A stretch of DNA of 64,000 nucleotides, from positions 6,899-70,898 of the forward strand of contig JBFLWK010000005.1 in the NCBI GenBank assembly GCA_040757695.1, written 5' to 3'. Origin of the DNA: Elusimicrobiota bacterium. GTDB lineage: Bacteria > Elusimicrobiota > UBA8919. Below are positions 60,255 to 64,000 of this stretch, one piece after another. Made by a program: the position numbers and the translations under genes. The notes under the pieces are model-generated. The model worked only from the letters and a program-made list of their open reading frames with translations. It was not told the DNA's origin and ran no database searches. The first letter of the stretch is position 1. Each line of letters starts with the position of its first letter.

Positions 60255-60873
60255 CAAAGTAACCAGAGTCACATTTTTTGTTTCCTTAACAGGACATATA
60301 TTATTTTTAGGACTACCTGGAAAAATTTTTAATTTATGCTTACCTACAACTGAAAAGTCAAAAGATATAATAATTCAAATTGAAATAGAAAAGCCGATAT
60401 ACCTGCCAAAGATAAATAAAGTAGGTAACGAGAAAAAAATAAACAAAATAAAAAAAGAATTAAAACTGCCTGAACCAAATGTCTTACCTGAACTTCAACC
60501 TGAAGAAGTTGTATTAGAAAATTCAGATTTACAACATTCTCAAGAAATAATTGAAGTAATTGATCCTGCTGAAGAGGCAATGCTTCGTTATCAGGATATA
60601 ATCAAACATAAAATTGAAGAAAAAAGAAATTATCCTACTTTGGCTAGAACCCAAGGAATAGAAGGTATAGTGTGTCTTAAATTTATAATTCTCTCTACTG
60701 GGCAAGCTGATAAAATCGAAATAGTAAAATCCTCCGGAGAAGGAATTTTAGATCAATCCACAATCAATACTTTAAAAAAAGCTAATCCTTTTCCTCCTCT
60801 ACCAAAAGAAATTAGGGCTTCTTATATCCAGATGGAAGTAACTCTTGTTTACACTTTGAAAGAGTTTAATTAA
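60244..60873 (+). CDS. tonB: TonB-family energy transducer.
   Basis: N-terminal TM, Pro/Glu/Lys-rich linker, TonB_C domain (…EGIVCLKFIILSTGQADKIEIVKSSG…). Confidence 0.75.
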   Translation: MISDKVTRVTFFVSLTGHILFLGLPGKIFNLCLPTTEKSKDIIIQIEIEKPIYLPKINKVGNEKKINKIKKELKLPEPNVLPELQPEEVVLENSDLQHSQEIIEVIDPAEEAMLRYQDIIKHKIEEKRNYPTLARTQGIEGIVCLKFIILSTGQADKIEIVKSSGEGILDQSTINTLKKANPFPPLPKEIRASYIQMEVTLVYTLKEFN

Positions 60874-61076
60874 GGTTCTGATACACCGGCTAAAGTTCGG
60901 GTCTTTAAAATTCTTTTATTTTTTGTACAATATATTTGTCAGGTGTGGATTGGTCTTTTTCATAGCGATAAACAGTTATCTTATTGAGCCATGGCTATAC
61001 GCTCCTTTTTGGTTTTTTTTCAGTGGTAATTCTTCCAATAAAACCATTCAAATTTTTTCTGAAAAATTTTTTTTGC

Positions 61077-61553
61077 TTACCTGCTCTTGAAAATCTCTTT
61101 TAATTTTTGTATGATTATACTGTCAGGTTTGGAATGGTTCTTTTCATAACGACAGAGGGATACCTTGTGGATTCCCAGCATTCTGGCTAAATCTTTCTGT
61201 TGCAGGTGGTGTTTTAGTCGAAGTTTTTTGATTTTGCTACCTCGGGTATCAGAGCGACAGAAGTAATCGTAAGAATCCTTGATCCCTACCCGGGCAGCAG
61301 GTGGCAGCAGTTCAAGTGGGGTTACTTTAAGAGTAGTGGCGATTTTCTCTAAGACAAATGGATTAAGGTCAAGAATTCTGCCTTGTTCGTATCGACCAAT
61401 AATGGATGTGGCTAACCCTGTGGATTTAGCCAAATTCGCTTGATTTAAGCCAATTTTGACGCGTAGTGCCTTTATTCTGGCACCCAAGGTAAGGTTAGGG
61501 TCTTCAAGGTTAATATTAGGGAAACCCCCAATTTGTGAACATTTTAATGCCAT
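61077..61553 (-). CDS. XRE-family transcriptional regulator with two HTH domains.
   Basis: Two Cro/C1-type HTHs (LGARIKALRVKIGLNQANLAKSTGL…IGRYEQG and IKKLRLKHHLQQKDLARMLGI…LCRYEKN). Overlaps the 3' end of the recombinase gene. Confidence 0.8.
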   Translation of the reverse strand: MALKCSQIGGFPNINLEDPNLTLGARIKALRVKIGLNQANLAKSTGLATSIIGRYEQGRILDLNPFVLEKIATTLKVTPLELLPPAARVGIKDSYDYFCRSDTRGSKIKKLRLKHHLQQKDLARMLGIHKVSLCRYEKNHSKPDSIIIQKLKEIFKSR

Positions 61554-63363
61554 TTTCTGTGTTTATTAACCCATAAACGAAGTCATCTGTGAATAAAAAC
61601 GGTGTGTAGTTAGAGGACAACCCGGGGAGCCACTTACCACGAAATTTCAAACCTGGAATTTTGTCGGTTACATCATCCAAAGTCCACTTCTTTTTTTGCC
61701 TAATATACTGAACAATCCTTTCTATTGGCGGCAAGTTCCCACGAGGAAATATTCTAATATAACCTTTCCTTGTTTTCTTTGATATTTTTACTGTTACCCT
61801 TCGTAATAACAGATGAAACCACATCATCCTTTCTTCAGGTGTAGCCTCGTCATACGATTTATCAAATTCTTTCCAATAAGTCATCATCAAGTCAACATCT
61901 ACTTTCTGGCTTTTTAATCGTCGTAAACGTGCTTCAAGGATTGGAATTTCTTCTTCATGTTGTTCTATTTCCGATTCGGCTTCTATAAGCATTTGGTTTA
62001 AATTCTTACGAAGTGTAACGAACTCTTTACCTGAAAGGCTCAATATCTTATTCTGCAGATTTGTTTTTCTGCGTTTTGCAGTAAGCTTCAAATCAATCTT
62101 GCGCTTGAGTTCTTCGGATAATTCAAATATTTCCTTTTCCTGCACTTCTTCTGCTACTTTTCTTGATGCTTCAACAACAGCTGGTTGCTGACTCAATTCA
62201 AAAAGATATTTTCTTAGGAAATTTTCAATCTCCTTTGCACCGATTGCAACCGACTCACAAATATTTTTATCCGCCATTTTTAATATTTTAGAACATTTAT
62301 AGTAAAAATACTTTATCCCCTTTTTCTTCCCCCAATGGGTTGTCATACCATGTCCACAAAATCCACAAAACAATCTTTTTAGTAAAGGCAGCTCGTATTT
62401 ACTCTCAACTTGTGCCCGAGGTTGCTCAGCGTTTTTCTTTAGCAACTTTTGAACACGCTCAAAAAGCGGCTCAGGCACTATCGGGGTATGAATGCCTTCT
62501 GTTTCTTGATTTTTAAATATTATCTTTCCTATGTAAAATCGCTTTTTCAAATGATTATGTACGCTATCTCTATTAAAAAGACTACCGCCAACTATTTCTC
62601 CTGTCTTCGTAGTCCACTTCTTTGTCCGATAACCTTTCCTATTTAGTTCTTTTGCTACTTTACTACAGGACTCAAGTTCTAAATATAATTTAAACATACG
62701 TCTAACTAAATTTGCTTCCTTCTGATTTACAGTGTGTTTTCCATCTTTCCAGTCGTATCCAAGTATATGCCGACCACCGCCCCACAACCGCTTTTTGAAT
62801 CGCTCAAGCATGGCTTCAAAGGTTCTTTCCTTAATTAGGTCTGACTCAAGTTCTGCGAAGACAGCAAAAATATTACGCATTACTTTACCTTCAATCGTTT
62901 TTTGGTCAAAACTTTGTCTTAATGTTTCATACACAATTCCATGTTTATCAAATTCAGCCATAATATCGTGAAAATCTTTCACCCTTCTACTTAACCGGTC
63001 AATTCTTGTCGTAAGCACATGTGTAAATTTCTCTTGTCTTGCATCTTCTAAAAGACGTTGAAGTTCTTTTCTACCTTCAAATTTTGTTCCTGTAAAAACT
63101 TCAGAATAAACATCATATATCTTGTAACCCCGGGCCTTACAGAACTCTCTTAAATGTTTTTCCTGAATACTGGTTGATTTGAGTTCATCAGGATTTTCAT
63201 GGACTGTCTTATCGTAAGTACTTACTCTGCAATATAATGCTGCAATTGCTTCTTTCTTTTCTTCTTTTTCAATTTCATTTTTCATTTGAATATCCCTAAA
63301 AAGAATTGAGCCGGGTGCCGCCCTAACAGAGATTAGGTAGGTTAACCCGGCTCTTTGAAACAT
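61516..63363 (-). CDS. Large serine recombinase (serine integrase).
   Basis: Resolvase catalytic domain (ALYCRVSTYDKT), recombinase domain, zinc ribbon CGFCGH…C, coiled-coil C-terminus. The real start may be the internal Met (MKNEIEKEE…). Confidence 0.9.
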   Translation of the reverse strand: MFQRAGLTYLISVRAAPGSILFRDIQMKNEIEKEEKKEAIAALYCRVSTYDKTVHENPDELKSTSIQEKHLREFCKARGYKIYDVYSEVFTGTKFEGRKELQRLLEDARQEKFTHVLTTRIDRLSRRVKDFHDIMAEFDKHGIVYETLRQSFDQKTIEGKVMRNIFAVFAELESDLIKERTFEAMLERFKKRLWGGGRHILGYDWKDGKHTVNQKEANLVRRMFKLYLELESCSKVAKELNRKGYRTKKWTTKTGEIVGGSLFNRDSVHNHLKKRFYIGKIIFKNQETEGIHTPIVPEPLFERVQKLLKKNAEQPRAQVESKYELPLLKRLFCGFCGHGMTTHWGKKKGIKYFYYKCSKILKMADKNICESVAIGAKEIENFLRKYLFELSQQPAVVEASRKVAEEVQEKEIFELSEELKRKIDLKLTAKRRKTNLQNKILSLSGKEFVTLRKNLNQMLIEAESEIEQHEEEIPILEARLRRLKSQKVDVDLMMTYWKEFDKSYDEATPEERMMWFHLLLRRVTVKISKKTRKGYIRIFPRGNLPPIERIVQYIRQKKKWTLDDVTDKIPGLKFRGKWLPGLSSNYTPFLFTDDFVYGLINTENGIKMFTNWGFP

Positions 63364-63725
63364 GAGTATTTACTCTCAGAATATTATTGGTTTTGAATTC
63401 TCTGTTAGGGCAATTTCTTTGCATGGGTTTTGAAGTATTAATATAATATAGCACATTTTACTATAATTGTCAAGTTTTTTTTCCAGTTTTTTTCAAACCT
63501 AAACATTCTCTTAATGTTAAGAAAATTGTAAAGCATTAGACACAATACTAATTGTGTCTACCCACATTTTTATAAAAACAGCCAGAATACCCCACCGCTT
63601 GCGGTGGGGATGAATGGCTCCTTATTTTGAGTAAAAAAATCGCGGTGGCTTTAGCCATGAATTCAGCGTAATGCCCCGCCTTTTAAGGCGGGGATAGCTG
63701 AATTCAAGCGATTTTTTTACTTTGC

Positions 63726-63754
63726 TTGACTTTTTTTTACAAATGTGATAAAAT
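63726..63754 (+). promoter_or_regulatory. Sigma70-type promoter: TTGACT, 17-nt spacer, TGn-TAAAAT. Directly downstream of a nested palindrome.
   Basis: -35 at 63726-63731, extended -10 at 63746-63754. Upstream of the excisionase-like gene. Confidence 0.55.
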
Positions 63755-63809
63755 GTATTAGCAACAATTGGCAAATAAAACAATCTATTGGAAACTTTGG
63801 AGAGAAAAA

Positions 63810-63992
63810 ATGACTAATTGGCTTACAACAGAAGAATTAGCAGAATACTTAAAGATTAGCAAAGAGTCAGTTTATAAATTTGCTCGTTCTAAACAGTTAC
63901 CGTCATCAAAAATCAACAGACAATGGCGTTTCAACAAAGACATTATTGACAACTGGCTACTCACAACACAAAGTTACAAAAAGAAACCATAG
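63810..63992 (+). CDS. Excisionase / recombination-directionality-factor-like HTH protein.
   Basis: MTNWLTTEELAEYLKISKESVYKFARSKQLPSSKINRQWRFNKDIIDNWL matches the excisionase (HTH_17) pattern. GGAGAG RBS. Confidence 0.65.
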   Translation: MTNWLTTEELAEYLKISKESVYKFARSKQLPSSKINRQWRFNKDIIDNWLLTTQSYKKKP

Positions 63993-64000
63993 GAAATACT

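Noticed and set aside
63587-63692. Two GC hairpins with similar sequence (ccccaccgc…gcggtgggga and ccccgcct…aggcgggga), raising the possibility of a CRISPR array.
   Set aside because: Only two non-identical copies with irregular spacing, embedded in a larger nested palindrome. There is no repeat-spacer periodicity and no cas genes, so they were treated as regulatory or att-site structure instead.
1-64000. Searched by eye for tRNA / tmRNA genes, a reverse transcriptase (DGR) near the tail fiber, cas genes and rRNA.
   Set aside because: No cloverleaf-compatible segments adjacent to either recombinase, no RT motifs (YxDD) in any ORF, and no cas-like proteins. None are reported.

Overview
AT-rich window from a diderm bacterium (TonB/ExbBD and a TonB-dependent receptor are present). 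It holds a near-complete contractile-tailed prophage followed by a metal-uptake locus and a second recombinase module. Prophage (1 to ~47 kb): a truncated outward-facing tyrosine integrase (1..749, -), then a long plus-strand late operon covering putative TerS, TerL, HK97-type portal, MuF/gp7 minor head protein, prohead protease-scaffold, major capsid, connectors, sheath, tube, a G/GT chaperone with a -1 frameshift, tape measure, a P2/eCIS-like baseplate (X, D, V spike, W/gp25, J, I) and a tail fiber, ending in a holin/amidase lysis cassette. Three unusual insertions sit inside this operon. (i) In the head module, a pol-beta-type nucleotidyltransferase gene is translationally coupled to a 1248-aa protein that fuses an ATP-dependent DNA ligase, a Dam-class N6-adenine methyltransferase and two LigD-type 3'-phosphoesterase modules. 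(ii) In the tail module, an antisense three-gene cassette encodes a DUF104-like antitoxin-type protein, a small protein and a retropepsin-like (DSGA) aspartic protease. (iii) Between the tail fiber and the lysis genes, a RiPP-like cluster encodes a Cys/His-rich 88-aa precursor, a tandem double radical-SAM/SPASM enzyme, a U32-family protein and a B12-binding radical-SAM enzyme, with structured RNA elements around them. A hairpin + CAAAGAAAA motif recurs six times. After ~47.5 kb comes a NikR-headed locus: TonB-dependent receptor, BtuFCD-like ABC transporter, Gate-domain membrane protein, CobN-like and ChlI/ChlD-like chelatase subunits, and ExbB-ExbD-TonB. The window ends with an XRE regulator, a large serine recombinase and an excisionase-like gene surrounded by nested palindromes, interleaved inverted repeats and a degenerate duplicate of a gene 3' end. 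All calls rest on motif reading of the supplied translations and sequence; no database search was possible.
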